The notes beneath the pieces were generated by a model. The model worked only from the letters and a program-made list of their open reading frames with translations, did no database searches and had not been told where the DNA came from. From Eledone cirrhosa (taxonomy: Eukaryota), in contig OZ024740.1 in NCBI GenBank assembly GCA_964016885.1, positions 152,086,001-152,150,000 of the forward strand: a DNA stretch of 64,000 nucleotides, given 5' to 3'. This document shows positions 24,171-38,559 of the stretch, one piece after another (the first letter of the stretch is position 1; each line of letters begins with the position of its first letter). The position numbers and the translations under genes are program-made.

Positions 24171-24293
24171 CCCACTGAAGATTTATAAGAGCCCACTTGA
24201 ATAAGTATCTGTTGATCTTATACAAGCTTCTACATAACTTGGTATAATTTCACCCAACTTGTAGAAATCTTATAATGAAACGAGTCGTCTGGG
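24171..24293 (+). ncRNA. Hammerhead motif with U.U-closed helix II and a ~78-nt loop insertion
   Basis: CCCA-CUGAAGA-U-UUAUAAGA(...)UCUUAUAA-U-GAAA-CGAGUCG-UC-UGGG. Confidence 0.75.
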
Positions 24294-24491
24294 AAGTGAT
24301 ATATTTGATATATCTCATATGAAATAATACAGCCAATTATCCAAACAATACAATATAGTTAGCACCCCAAACGTTTAATTGGGAATATACTCAGGTATTT
24401 CCTAATGCTTGTTGAGTGAGTTCGAATTTGGCCGGAGTATCGCTATTAGCTTTCTCCGATTATGTATTTATATATATATATATATATATAT

Positions 24492-24782
24492 AATTGGTGT
24501 TGGATCCTTAAAGCGTCCGTATGAGCACTCGATGCTCTCACAGAAAAAAATAGAATCAGTGTTGCGACGAATGGAATTTATTGGACATATTACAATCGTT
24601 TCTCTGGTGACCAGGTCGAGGCACGATCGAACCTGACTCTGAAAATCGCAAGGTCTTCAGATACGTCCTATGGAAAATCTGAGTCAGGTTCGATCGTGCC
24701 TCGAGCTGGTTACCAGAGAAACGATTGTGATATGTCCAATAAATTTCATTCATCGCAACACTGAATCTCTTTTTTTCTGTGA
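24492..24782. mobile_element. Fold-back element with ~100-bp arms (relatives at 4376-4590 and 38350-38470)
   Basis: 24538-24640 is inverted at 24680-24782. The left arm read on the minus strand has GAAA-CGAUUG-UA, a hammerhead 3' half. Confidence 0.7.
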
Positions 24783-24994
24783 TATATATATATAACGAAG
24801 GAAATGTGGTAAGGAACCAGGTGGAGCATAACGCACCAAAGTACTCAATACTTAGGGTAGTAGAGTGGGTAATAGGAACGAATAGGACCCCGACGGCTGA
24901 GCTCAAGCCGTTTCGACGGCTAATTCTGGACTAAATTTAGTCCAGAACTAGCCGTCGAAACGGCTTGAGCTCAGCCGTCGGGGTCCTACTCGTT

Positions 24995-25065
<71 letters not shown>

Positions 25066-25259
25066 ATACTTGGGGAGGGTCATATTTGTGTAATATTGCC
25101 AGAATTAATAACAGAACACACTCACTGTTTGGTTGGTTTTCGCTTTTCGCTTCTGTCTTTTATATCGGTAATCTAATTTATTCGGTCCTCAATGTTGCCA
25201 TTGACTGACCGACGGTCAAAAATAATACAGATACAATATAGACACAAACACATATATAT

Positions 25260-25368
<109 letters not shown>

Positions 25369-26019
25369 AGCATATTATTTTCTCAACTTCCAAAGTATTC
25401 CCCCTGATGACGGAATAATATACCCCCACACACTCCTAATCGAGAGTTTGCCTTAAGTTTAATATATTTAATTCCTTCTCTGAGTTGATATTTTATCTTT
25501 TCAGTGTGATGCCTGACTATATTAGAGACAAATAACTATCTGACATATATATATATATATATATATATATGTTCAAATTTTGAATTTGACCGCCAAAACC
25601 GGGGGTTACCTCCCTTCAGAGAAAGCACGTGACTACTAGCAGTGTTTACTACTAGCTCTTGCAACCGGAGGAGGCAGAACCGAAACTTGTTGACGAAGTA
25701 AATTCCACTGTTCTATCTTCCAAAGCCAAATTAACTTGCAAATGGATTTTATTGATTTCGGATTTACAGATTATGTAAATTTATGTAATATGTCCATGAT
25801 GGTCCAGGTAACAGTCAAACTTTTCCCTGAGTCGGTTTTTTAGTTGTTCTGGTCCTAGCGGCTCGCTTTTCGGTCGCTGGCTTCAATTTGCATAGCTGTC
25901 TAAACGTAATGTTATAACTCTAAGGTAAAATTCCTTATTGAGTGCTTTTGGCTGCACTTCACGACAGCATTCGTTAGCTTGCCCCCTCAACCAGAGCTTC
26001 GATTATGCTGTACTACTTT

Positions 26020-26092
<73 letters not shown>

Positions 26093-26237
26093 GTAAGTAT
26101 GTATGTATACGTACATACATATATGTATACAGACGTACAGTAGCATGCATATATATATATACGAACGAACAAAGCGGGCGTTATAATAAGCGTCCGCTAA
26201 ACTGATACGTACATATATGTATGTGTACCTGTATGTA

Positions 26238-26325
<88 letters not shown>

Positions 26326-26437
26326 TGCTACTGTACGTCTGTATACATATATGTATGTACGTATACATACATACTTACATTTAAGTAAGTGCCGTACTAA
26401 GAGTGAGAAATGAAATTTCGTTTTCATTTTATTACAA

Positions 26438-26504
<67 letters not shown>

Positions 26505-26606
26505 TAAAATAACAGATTTTAGTCTTCAAATTTATTATTATTACTATATATATATATATATATATATGTATATTCATACACACACACATACATATATACA
26601 CACACG

Positions 26607-26736
<130 letters not shown>

Positions 26737-26738
26737 AA

Positions 26739-26780
<42 letters not shown>

Positions 26781-27449
26781 TATGCGTTTGTGTGTGGGGG
26801 CAATATATGCATACTTGTGTGTAGGTATGTGAACAAGTCTATGTATATTATGTATGGCATATGTGGGTGTGTAAATGTGTGTGTTTGTACGTAGGTAGAT
26901 GCTTGCATGTATTTAATCTGACGATAAGCATCTTCGAGCAATAGATACCATTCCGGCTTGGTTCCATCGAAATTCTAACAATAATTGAAAAAAAATAGCT
27001 TTTGACGACCGCTTATCTCGAATGTTCCACAGCGCTGGCTGATAACTCCACTTATTCCACCTTCTTCTCCTCCTCCACTTCCTATTCAACTCACTATCTG
27101 GTCAATAGCCCCACTTTCAATACTGCCGGCATTTCTTCAAACACAACTAGAACCAAACTAATTTGCATAAATGTGGGAGCTGGGCAAGCGTACGTTAGGA
27201 GATTCGCTTTGAAATCTTTGTTCATCAATAATCGGTAGGAAAAACATCCTCGCATTGCATTTTGGGTAATCATTCCCGTTCGTTTGAGTATATATATATA
27301 AGTGTGTGTGTGGAGGGGGGGGGGGTATATACGTATGTGTATATATATATATATATGTATGTATTCATGTGTATGTGTGTATATATATATATATATACAT
27401 GTGTGTGTGTGTGTGTAAATATATACATACATATGTATGTACGTATATG

Positions 27450-27526
<77 letters not shown>

Positions 27527-27646
27527 ATGCATGTTTCTGTTTGCTTGGTCCTGTATAAGGTGCCGTGTAAAAATGTATGTATGTTTGTTTCTACGTATGA
27601 AATTTGATATCCCTCTAGTGAATTGTTTATATATAGTTTCATGTAA

Positions 27647-28620
27647 TACGAGGTTTGTCCCAAAAATAAGAATACTAATTTCTCTATGTACGACATTGTA
27701 ACGCAGCGCCACGTTGATGTATATAGACGTGTGGGGTATGACCTTGGCTGCAGGGACATATTTGTTTCAACATGATCGATTGAGTCATTCGTGAGTTATT
27801 GCTCTTTATGTATAGATATTTTTATAACCTGTTATGTTTGCCATGTAGGAAAATATCGAACAAAGTTACCCGATCAAATTTTGTGTGATGCTCAAAAATC
27901 TGCCAGAATCTTAACAGGTAATTTGCATATGCGAAAAATGTGTACAAAACTAGTACACGTGCCTGTGAAGTAAAGAGTGAACTGGTTGGAAATTTGTCAG
28001 GATTTGCTAGAAAAACTCGAAATTGGGCCAAACTGGAAAAGTAAGGAGTAGCACACGAAAAATTCTCCTCGTCCGAAGAAAGAACGCAGAGCAGATCCTG
28101 GGTGAAAATGATGGTTATCATTTTTTTCGACAGCCGTGGTATTGTTCACAAATAATTTTTACATCCATGACAGAAAATTAATCGCAGTTTCTACAAAGAT
28201 GTCTTTGAACGACTTCGAAAACGGGTCCAGCGCATCCGAAAGGACAATGTAGGAGATTGGGTATTGCACCATTTTCACACAACATTTTCAATTAGAGAAT
28301 TTCTGACGGAGAAAAATTTTCCCTTTCTTTTACATCCTCCATACAACCCAGGTCTATCTCCATGTGATTCTTAAATATTCCCTAAGTTGAAATTGAACTT
28401 GAAGGGTCATCATTTTGGGACTGTGGAAATCACACAAGAAACTGTAACCGACGAGCTAAGGACACTCACAGCAAATGACTTCTGCTGCTACGAACAATCG
28501 AAAACACGTTAGGGCGACTGTGTCACTCCCCAAGGGTCGTATTTTGAATGGAATTTCGTGTACGTTTAATATATCTTTAAATAAAACATCCGTACCCTTA
28601 CTTTTGGGACAAAACTAGAA
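27647..28620 (+). pseudogene. Decayed mariner element
   Basis: TACGAGGTTTGTCCCAAAA left end and TTTTGGGACAAAACT right end. Translates MVIIFFDSRGIVH, RLRKRVQRIR, HPPYNPGLSPCD, FPKLK, QGSYFE with frameshifts. Confidence 0.88.
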
Positions 28621-28922
28621 TAAGTCTGCATGTTTAAACATTTTCGTGTACAAACACGTGTATATAATGTACAGGTATGTCTCTTTCTTTCTCCATATAT
28701 ATATACACATATACATATATATATGTATGTATATATCTCACTCTCTCTCTATATATATATATATATGTATGTCTTTCTGTGTATATAAGCGAGTATACGT
28801 CTGTGGAAATGCGTAACTGTAAATCTTAATTAGATGTATAATTAAGATTTACAGTTACGCATTTCCACAGACGCATACTGGCTTATATACACAGAAAGAC
28901 ATACATACCATATATACATGCT

Positions 28923-29017
<95 letters not shown>

Positions 29018-30573
29018 AGATGGGTGGAACAAGTAAATATTAAAAACATTCTCTTAAAATAAATTAAAATACAATTTAAATATTCACCTGTCCAAATTGC
29101 TTTTACCTGATTCTCATTTTATATGTATATATATATATAAGCATGTATATATGGTATGTATGTCTTTCTGTGTATATAAGCGAGTATACGTCTGTGGAAA
29201 TGCGTAACTGTAAATCTTAATTATACATCACTATCTTTTAATGTGTGTGTGTGTGTGTGAGTGTGTGTACACGAAAACATGAAAGATGTATAGATAGATT
29301 TATGTGTATATATATATATATATACATAGAGAGAGGGTGAGTGAGAGAGAGAGAGAAAGACAGATAGAGGGAGAGAGAAAGAAAGAGAGAGAGATTAGAT
29401 AGATAGACAGATAGATAGATAGATTTATTTATACAAACTGGCACATACATACGTATATACATACACTTATATATATGATGTACATACGCATGTATATATA
29501 TATATAATAGAGTGTGGGTGTGTGGGTGTATGTGAGTGTGTGCGTGTATGTGTGTGGGTGTGTGCGTGTGCGTGTATGTGTGTGTGTGTGGGTATGTATG
29601 TGTGTATGTGTGCATACGCGTGTGTGTGTGCGTGCCTTAGTGTATGTATATCTATAAAATCGACTAGCATATGTACAAAACTTAAAACAAATTCCTATGT
29701 CGGAATTTTATTGAAATGGTTCGCTGCCAATTCAAGCGTGACAAATATTTTATCTTTGATAGAATTACCGCCATTTTCTGGTCCACCATATTTGGGAATA
29801 ATACTTACCTACCTTCCTCCCTCCTTACTTTTCTCTCTCTTCTCCTCTTCTTTCTCTCCCTGTGTTCTCTCACCCCCTCTCTCCATCTCACTCACACTCT
29901 CACACATCTCCCCTATTCTTTGTTACTCTCTATATATTTCTCTTATTTTCTCCCCATCTCTCTTTCTTCTTTACTTTTCATTTGTTTAGTCTCCTTATTC
30001 GATTTTTTGTTGTTGTTGTTGTTGTTGTTTTTGTTGTTGGTGGGGGGGGGTTAAGTATTATAGATGATAAATGTTCATTTGTAATTTTAGCTTTTGTTGT
30101 TGATGTTGTTGATGTTGTAGTTTTTGTTGTTTTACTTCTTATGTTATTGCCGCTGTTGCTGTTGTGTTCATCGCCGTCGCCGTCATCACTACCAACAGTC
30201 CTCATCATTATCATACTCATTCCTCTTTTCATTATCAACATCATCATTACCATCATTACTATCATCATTCCCATTGTTGCCATCATCATTACCATTGTTA
30301 TAATCATCATCATCATATTCATCATCTTCAAAAACAATAACATCATCGTTTTTATCCTCATTTTAATCTTCCCCATCAATTTCAACCCCGTTATTATCAT
30401 CGTCATTACCATCAATTTCATCAACATCATAATCTTCAGCATCACCGTCATCATCATCATCATTTTTTTTTTTTTCTATCTACTTTAAAACAGTGACACT
30501 TGTGATCCGCAAGCCTTTATCACAATACAATAATATGTAGGTACTTACTGTAACTCTTTGTTTTTCTTTCCAG

Positions 30574-30695
30574 TGCAAATCAATGTTCGATCTTCTTGGA
30601 TACGCGAACAGTCAGCAGACCTTCCGTTGTGGCTATCGAGTTAACGCACATGTCTCAAACAATGAAATATCGCCAATTCCCTAATTTTCACTCAC
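30574..30695 (+). other. Candidate 122-nt spliced exon
   Basis: Strong acceptor (ctctttgtttttctttccag) and GTGAGT donor. One frame is open throughout (ANQCSIFLDTRTVSRPSVVAIELTHMSQTMKYRQFPNFHS). No recognised homology. Confidence 0.35.
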
Positions 30696-31135
30696 GTGAG
30701 TGAAGAATCGTGATTGTTTTTTGTTGTTTTTTTGGGGGTTACTTCTGTGTCTGCGTCTTCCAATGAAGTGCCATTGATATTCTGGAAATTTGGCTCTGTT
30801 ACACTGGTGTATGTCATCGTTGATACTCCGTCTGTTTCGACGATGAACATTCAGTTCTTCGATCAAATGAACGCCCAGCTCGTGAATATACGTGTAAATG
30901 GTTGCGTATTCCACAGACACGTGTACCCTTAACATAATTCCCAGACCGAATCATTATCAGTGCTAGAGCTTTATTTGCAGGTACATTCCATTCGAAAGGC
31001 TTCCAAACAAATCCCGTCAACCCAAATTTCACTCACAAGGGTTGAGTCAACCTGAGGTTATGGTAAAGGTACTTGCAGCTGTGCCATGCAATGGGATAAA
31101 AACCAAGACCTTGTAAGGTACAAAGCGAACACCTT

Positions 31136-31194
<59 letters not shown>

Positions 31195-31210
31195 CTCTCT
31201 ATCTCTCCAT

Positions 31211-31263
<53 letters not shown>

Positions 31264-31274
31264 CATCTCTCCAT

Positions 31275-31350
<76 letters not shown>

Positions 31351-31889
31351 CTCTATCTCTATCTCTCTCTATCTCTCTCACGTGCTTCTCTGGGAGATTC
31401 GTTTTGTGACAAAGTTGACATTTTTTAAAATGTACTTACAATCCAACCCATGGGGTTCCAAACAGTTTCCATCAAAAGAATTCCACTCACATGGTATGGG
31501 TAGAGTCAAGGCTCTGGGATGACATACTGTGTGATCTAACTTAACGGTTGCGAAGCGAACTTTTTAACCATTTAGCAATGTTAAGTCCACAAACAATTCA
31601 CAGGAAAAGGGAAACTTGAGACAAATAATTATTAATAGATACTGAATAAAATCAATATTTGTTGAAAGAAAGAATAAATATTATAATGAATGGAGAAATA
31701 TTATAATTAATGCATCAAGTAATCTGCTGAAACAGATTAATTGACGTATACCAAAACAAAAACATCTTCGATATTGTTGGCTGCAGTATGGTTAAAGACC
31801 TTCAACATAACGTTACGTCTACATATCTCTATATACGTATGTGAAAATGTGTGTCTCCATACACACGTAGACACACACGTAGACACACG

Positions 31890-31949
<60 letters not shown>

Positions 31950-32196
31950 GTGTGTATAGAAGGAGAGAGAGAAGGAAAGAGAGATGATGTAATGAATAAT
32001 CATGCCAGTAACTCTCCTCAAGAGCCAGAACCATTTACCGAATCATAATAAATATTTCTACAGTTAACTTTCATTGCAACTATGAAACCCTTCAAAACCC
32101 AACAGCCATTGTTATTCCTTCTCACTGTTTTGATTTGCTTTGTTTTATTATTATTATCATTATTGTTGTTGTTATTATTATTATTGTTGTTGTTGG

Positions 32197-32228
<32 letters not shown>

Positions 32229-32763
32229 TACCCGTTTCTGTTGATAGACGGCTTATATAAATTGCAAATTATCTAATTTGTACGTAAAGCTACACCGACA
32301 ACGATACAAAGGAAGGTAGTAAGGTGAAGAGAAATTGGTTTTATACTCCAATGACAATAGATACAATAATTGTAATTATTACAAAAGCAAATAATGGATG
32401 TTTTACATTAATTTCATCATCATATACGTTTTCCTTTTTCATTGCCGTTGTTCCATGTCTGATATGTGAGTGCGATAGGTTTTTTTTTTCAAATGATACT
32501 TTTTGTTTGGTTGTTTACCTTTTTATTCTATTAGTCTATTATTCTCTTTTGAAATGTTCTGTATGAATGTTCCTTGATATACACACATAGAAGCGCTCGC
32601 ACGCCCGCGTGTGTGTGCGTGTTTGTGTTTTAAGAACGAAAGTTAATTTCTCCGCAAATATATATTTTATTTTAATCTACAAATTCCCGTTGTATAACAG
32701 CTTTGTTCTGATTGCCTTTTTTTCACTCAATTTCTCCCTCTCTCCACCTTTCTCCCATTCCTT

Positions 32764-32845
<82 letters not shown>

Positions 32846-33454
32846 CTTTCCAGCTTCCATTTTTACTCTCTTTCACCCACTCTGCCCCCCCCCCCTCTCT
32901 ACCCTCTCTACTCTCTATTTCTTGCCGTGTGTGTGTGCGTATTTAGTCATACATACAGACACATATATATATATATATATATATATTTATACACACAAAT
33001 ATATATGTATGTATTATGTGCGTGCGTGTGTATATATGCAAATGCGTGTGTTGTATGTGTATGTGTTCAATAATAATCATAGCCATTAATCAATTAAGAT
33101 ATAAAGGGAACGAAATTGTGAGCGGCCTTTCTACCTATTCATCTTTATATTTTATCTGCTATCCGTATTCTATTTTACCCGGCTTTATTAAAACCGTTTT
33201 GTTGCCATAATTCTAATGAAAGACACTGCTTATGATGGTTTTCAAATAATTTTGAAATTAATCAATCTTGGAGGAATTAGTAAAAAACTTTCTCATTAAG
33301 TTGGTGTTTCGAACATTACCATAATGACAGAATGTTGTTAGATAAATATAAACACTTTAAAATATACAGTTTAGTATTGTAGAAGCAGGGCTCGGTTTTG
33401 GGCGGTTTGGTATACAAAAATATATACATCATGATGATCATCATCATTATCATT

Positions 33455-33990
33455 TTTGCGTCCGCTTTTCCACACTTGCATAGGTTGAACGGGTCCTTCT
33501 CAGCATAGCATCACTTTATTCGCTACGTGCCTTCGTCATCTCCACTGTGAGTCTCGGCGATTGGATGTCAGCTCTCACCACCTCTGCCCAGGTCTTTCTT
33601 GGGCTACCTCTACTACGGCTCCCTTTTATTGGGATTTCTCGGCACTTCTTCACCCAGAAATCCTCATCCATGCGAATCCCATGTCCATATAGGTTTATAT
33701 CACTGGCATTCTTCTTCTCGATTACTCCTGTGCATCTTCTATATGCAACATATTCCCTTCCCGTTAGTCCATTCGTCATCCCACTACATATCTTGTATAC
33801 CCAACATTTACATTGTGTACATCGTATGGAGTTTATGCCTACTCCTTTTCTACATATTGAACATGGCCATTTCACTGAGGGAATCAGATTCCTATCTTCT
33901 TTCCTACTCACTAGTCCTTCAGTTTAGTTAGGTTTAATTCTCAGTCCTTTTGATTTCAAAATCTGTTTCCGTAGTCGGACTTATTTTTTA
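33455..33990 (-). pseudogene. RTE-clade LINE 3' fragment with internal deletion
   Basis: SKGLRINL..WPCSICRKGVGINSIRCTQCKCWV fused to YGHGIRMDEDFWVKKC...GSRSRGSPRKTW. (ATG)n tail. Confidence 0.8.
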
Positions 33991-34009
33991 GTTTTTTTAT
34001 GGAGATCTG

Positions 34010-35780
34010 TATAGAAAACAAATGGTGAACTTACCAAACGCTATATGGCTGAAAGAACTGGAACAGGACTACTGGCAACATATCCAGCAAAAGTAATATA
34101 AAATACACAGTGCAATACTAAAAGCAGCTATACAGTAAATGTCAAAAAGGAAATCCCCAGACCCAGAATTCATAACAGGTTACTAGCTGAAGAATATCCC
34201 CTTTTATCAACGAGATTTCATACGGTTTTATGTAGAAAGTAACAAGTGCACACAAGAGTTGCCCCAATGGTTATCAACTGTCACTACACTACTTATCCCC
34301 CAAAATAGCCAAATCACCCTTGCTAAAATTACCGTTTAATAGCCTACCAGAAGTTCACGTACAAATTGTATACTGGATGCCTCAATCTGTTCTTGCAGGA
34401 TCAACGTGGCCCCAACAGCATTACAACACTTGAGCAGCCTGGGGGAAAGAAGGAGATGTGGGGTTGTATAGAACGGCTACTAATTAACAAAGTGATTCAC
34501 GAAAAAACAGTAAGGAATTGTAGGAACTAGACTGTAGCGCGACTGGACGACCAGAATGTTTTTGATAGCATACCACATAGGTGGATTATCAAAGCCTTTC
34601 AGTTAGCCAAAGTCCCGCAGCGACAATTAGCTGCTATCGAACGCCTAACCAAGAGGTGATAAGGAGACAATTTATTCTGATAGTATTCACTACCAAAATG
34701 TCACCTTTCAGGTTGATAGCTTGCCAATGCTTCTCTTCATCCTTTCATTAAACCTACTATGATACCTGATCATAAATATAGTGTCCATATAAGTGGATCC
34801 AGAATTATCTCCCATCTTTTCTTTGTCGGTGACATGGAATTTTATGGGCCAGACATCAACTACATAAATCACAATTAGACGTAATTACCAACTTTTCTAC
34901 AAACATTGGAATAAAATTTGGTGAGTCCAAAAGTGTACTTTTGGAAATAAACGTGGCAAAGTTGTGCCCTCCTCTGAAAACCTAACATTGAACGGCGTGA
35001 CGATACAACCTCTACAGTCAGGTGATAATTATAAATATATTAAACATCATGAGAATGTCAGATATGATGGACCAATAGATATGGAGAAGACCAGAAATGA
35101 ATACCTCAAGTGAGTAAAGAGAATATGCTTATCAGAATTATCAGCGTACAATAAGCACATTTCCCATAATACTTTTGCTGTGGCAATCCTAACACCAACA
35201 TTTTGCCTGCTGAACTCAGCGAGATGGATATAAGGACTTGCAAGCTGCTCAGTATTACTGGAAATTTAACAGCAATGGGGATGCGGATAGGCGAGATTTC
35301 TTATGCATATCATACGTGGCCCGGATAATAACACTGAAGCAACATCTTCAAGAGAAGAAAATGGTCAACAGCCAACTTTCCCAGGATTATGGGCATGACA
35401 ATTATAATATTGTTAGGATAACCATTAACCTATAAGAGAGACATGAAATAAAGAAAATGGACCACTTCACTGAGATTGTTGACATGGGTATTTTATACGA
35501 AAAACACAGATCATAGACGGGATAAACCTTATTAAATCCTGGCATCGAGTTCCGATAAATTCATAACAATTTACTTTGAAAGATATCTCCATGCAATTCA
35601 TGAACAAAAAATCTCCACAAAGTACCTACTGCACAGAAGAGGAAGGCCGTTAGTTGAAAGTAAATGTAGGCTCTGCAAAACAAAGCTTGACGATGTTAGT
35701 CACAATATTGTTAAATCTGAAAGAATGTCTTCTCGTTACTACCTCCCCATTCCTATTAGTGATGTCATATGTTTTAGGAG
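34010..35780 (+). pseudogene. Heavily decayed R4/Dong-like non-LTR RT
   Basis: Fragments GCIERLLINK, LDDQNVFDSIPHRWI, QVDSL..LLFILSL, ISHLFFVGDMEFY, IGIKFGESKS, NTFAVAILT. Many stops and frameshifts. Confidence 0.65.
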
Positions 35781-36905
35781 AATCGTCTGTGCAGTACTCA
35801 CTACGTAGCTCATTTAGCCACACTGCATCACAATTTTCCGTATGTTTATTTTCGAGATCAGTGATTATTTTAATGTGCAGTTGACTATTGCATGTCTAAT
35901 TCTAAATCTAATTTTGTGTCAAATACTACATGTGCTTTCACGACATATTGTTGTTAAAAGATTGTAAACACTAATGAAAAATACTATTAAAAATAGCATT
36001 AAAAATGCTTCTGAGACTCAGAATATCAAACACTAGGGCATGGCATCCGCCTCAAAGACCTGTGCAGCTTTAAAATTTCTTTAAAATAAACCCTATTCCA
36101 GAATCCAACAAACACGCACCCGGAAAGATCCCAAGTCATACTGATGAGGAGCTTTTTGTATAACCTTTCATGTGATATATCGCTTGGAGATTTCCTGCTA
36201 ACTGTGATAGCCATAAGTTTTGTAATCTCTTGCCACAATGAAGTTTTCTTTTGTCGCTCAAAGTACATGTATAAGATTAAACTGAGTACAGTTGATTTAA
36301 CATGATGCTCCTTTGTACTCAGCTGAAAATGAGTACCAGCACTAGGGCTACTAGCTTACTTGAAGTATTTCTTGACGGCAGATCCCATAAAACTCGTTGC
36401 AGGTGATTCAAGAATTTATTACTCACTTGGCATTTTATAATAGCATGTAAGACTTCATGTATGAATGCGTGTATGGATGATGTATGTATGTATGTATGTA
36501 TGTATATATGTTTGTAAGTAAGTGTGTGTATATAGGTATGTATGGGTGTGTAACAATATATGCACGTGCATATTTACGTATGTATGTATATTTACGTATT
36601 TATGTATATATGTAAAATGTATGTACGTGAGTATGTATGTAGGTATGCATGTACGTACGTAGAATTCTAATATGCAAGAGGTACATTAAAATCAGTTTCA
36701 AATATTGTAACATATTAGGTTCTATGATTAATATATCCCATCCTGAGGGGGCAGGCATACAAATACATTGATGTTTAGATCAATCTATCGATAGATCGAT
36801 AGAACAATGTCAAATAGAATAGATAAGAATAGACTAGATAGATAGAAGATGGAGTGATGGATCGATCATCGATAGATGGATGCATATATGATGGATTAAG
36901 GTTGT

Positions 36906-36949
<44 letters not shown>

Positions 36950-36951
<2 letters not shown>

Positions 36952-36996
36952 TATTTCTTTATTAGCCACAGGGGCACAAAAGAAGGGGACAAATAC

Positions 36997-37049
<53 letters not shown>

Positions 37050-37100
37050 CATGTTTCTTTATTAGCCACAGGGGCACAAAAGAAGGGGACAAATACAAAG
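36950..37100 (-). repeat. Duplicated LINE-like 3' tail (…GTGGCTAATAAAGAAA) within (GATA)n
   Basis: Two ~45-bp copies separated by (GATA)n. Similar tail at about 53040-53060. Confidence 0.55.
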
Positions 37101-37158
37101 GGGGACGTGTACATACAATAAAAACGTGTAAAATATTATCATAAATACAATTTAAATT

Positions 37159-37228
<70 letters not shown>

Positions 37229-37637
37229 TTTACTCATATGTCTATTTACCGTTTCGTTAGTTGGTATATTATAAGATCATTTTCCATTTCAAGTAGCAAA
37301 CAGGAAACGGAAGTTTCAATTTACCACGAAGATATTAGCGTATTAAATGAATCATTTCAGAACCTCATTGTGTGAGCGTGTACACGCGCCCACTCGTGTA
37401 TATCTGTATGTATTAAACGTGAGGTTATGCCTGGTTTGTATATACAAATCCATATATCTATCTATCTATCTAATTATCTCTCTCTCTCTATATATATATA
37501 TATATACATATATGTGTGTGAGAGAGAAAAGCAGAGAACGAGAGAGAGAGAGAGAGGGGGGAGGGAGAGAAAGAGAGAGAGGCTCTGACAGACGAACTGA
37601 CACATACAAAGATAGATGGGTAGGTAGATAGATAGAG

Positions 37638-37679
<42 letters not shown>

Positions 37680-37680
37680 T

Positions 37681-37713
<33 letters not shown>

Positions 37714-38240
37714 CAAAGAGTATATATGTATACTATTGACACTTTATACAATAACGGCCATGTTGCACTAATGTCTTGTGGTCAAATGGGTAAAAATTGT
37801 GCAAATGTAAACCATCGTACGTAAATCAATCCAGTGATTTCTGCTTGAAGGATATTCTGAAAAGAAAAAGTGACCACTATACAGCTACTATCACCTGAAA
37901 TAAATTGGCCTGTTACAGGAAATCAACGCAGGGGATAATATATCAGAAAAGAAAGTTTTACCTTGCAGTAGTAAAAGTAAAAAAACATTTTCAGAGACAG
38001 GTTATGGAACACCAAACCCACTGGCTGTGATATTCTAATTATATATATATATGTGTGTGTTTGTGTGTGTGTGTGTGTGCGCGTGTGTGTGTTGGGTTCA
38101 ATCGGGAGTAACCACAGATGTGGGTTCGTGTCCCATGTACGTCAACAATGATCCTTTTTTCCATTCAGAGGGGTTTTTTTTAATCCCAACTAACAGACTA
38201 ATTCTATGCAGACAAATACGGCGTAAGCACAAGTTACTAC

Positions 38241-38342
<102 letters not shown>

Positions 38343-38559
38343 CGAAAAATCAGTGATGCATCGGAACTCAATTTATTGTGTTACAATTGTTTCCCTGGCG
38401 AACAGCTCGAGGTGCGATCCGTGTGTGGATCTACCTGACTCTAGACTCGCAGGTTCCTCGGACACGTCTATTTTTAGCAATGCATTGCAATGACCAATAC
38501 AATATAATTATAATTATGAAGCTGGTTTACAAAACAGAGTAGTTTGTCTTTTACAACTG

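Noticed and set aside
25423-25450. CTGATGA-CGG…CC partial hammerhead (similar partials at about 26918, 36143 and 58650-58675)
   Set aside because: Missing GAAA, NUH or helix I, so too incomplete to call.
29862-30488. Long hydrophobic and Met-rich ORFs
   Set aside because: Degenerate (GTT)n/(ATC)n low-complexity tract.
37760-37860. Possible minus-strand exon after a TTTTTCAG acceptor
   Set aside because: Short frames, weak donor and no recognisable protein.
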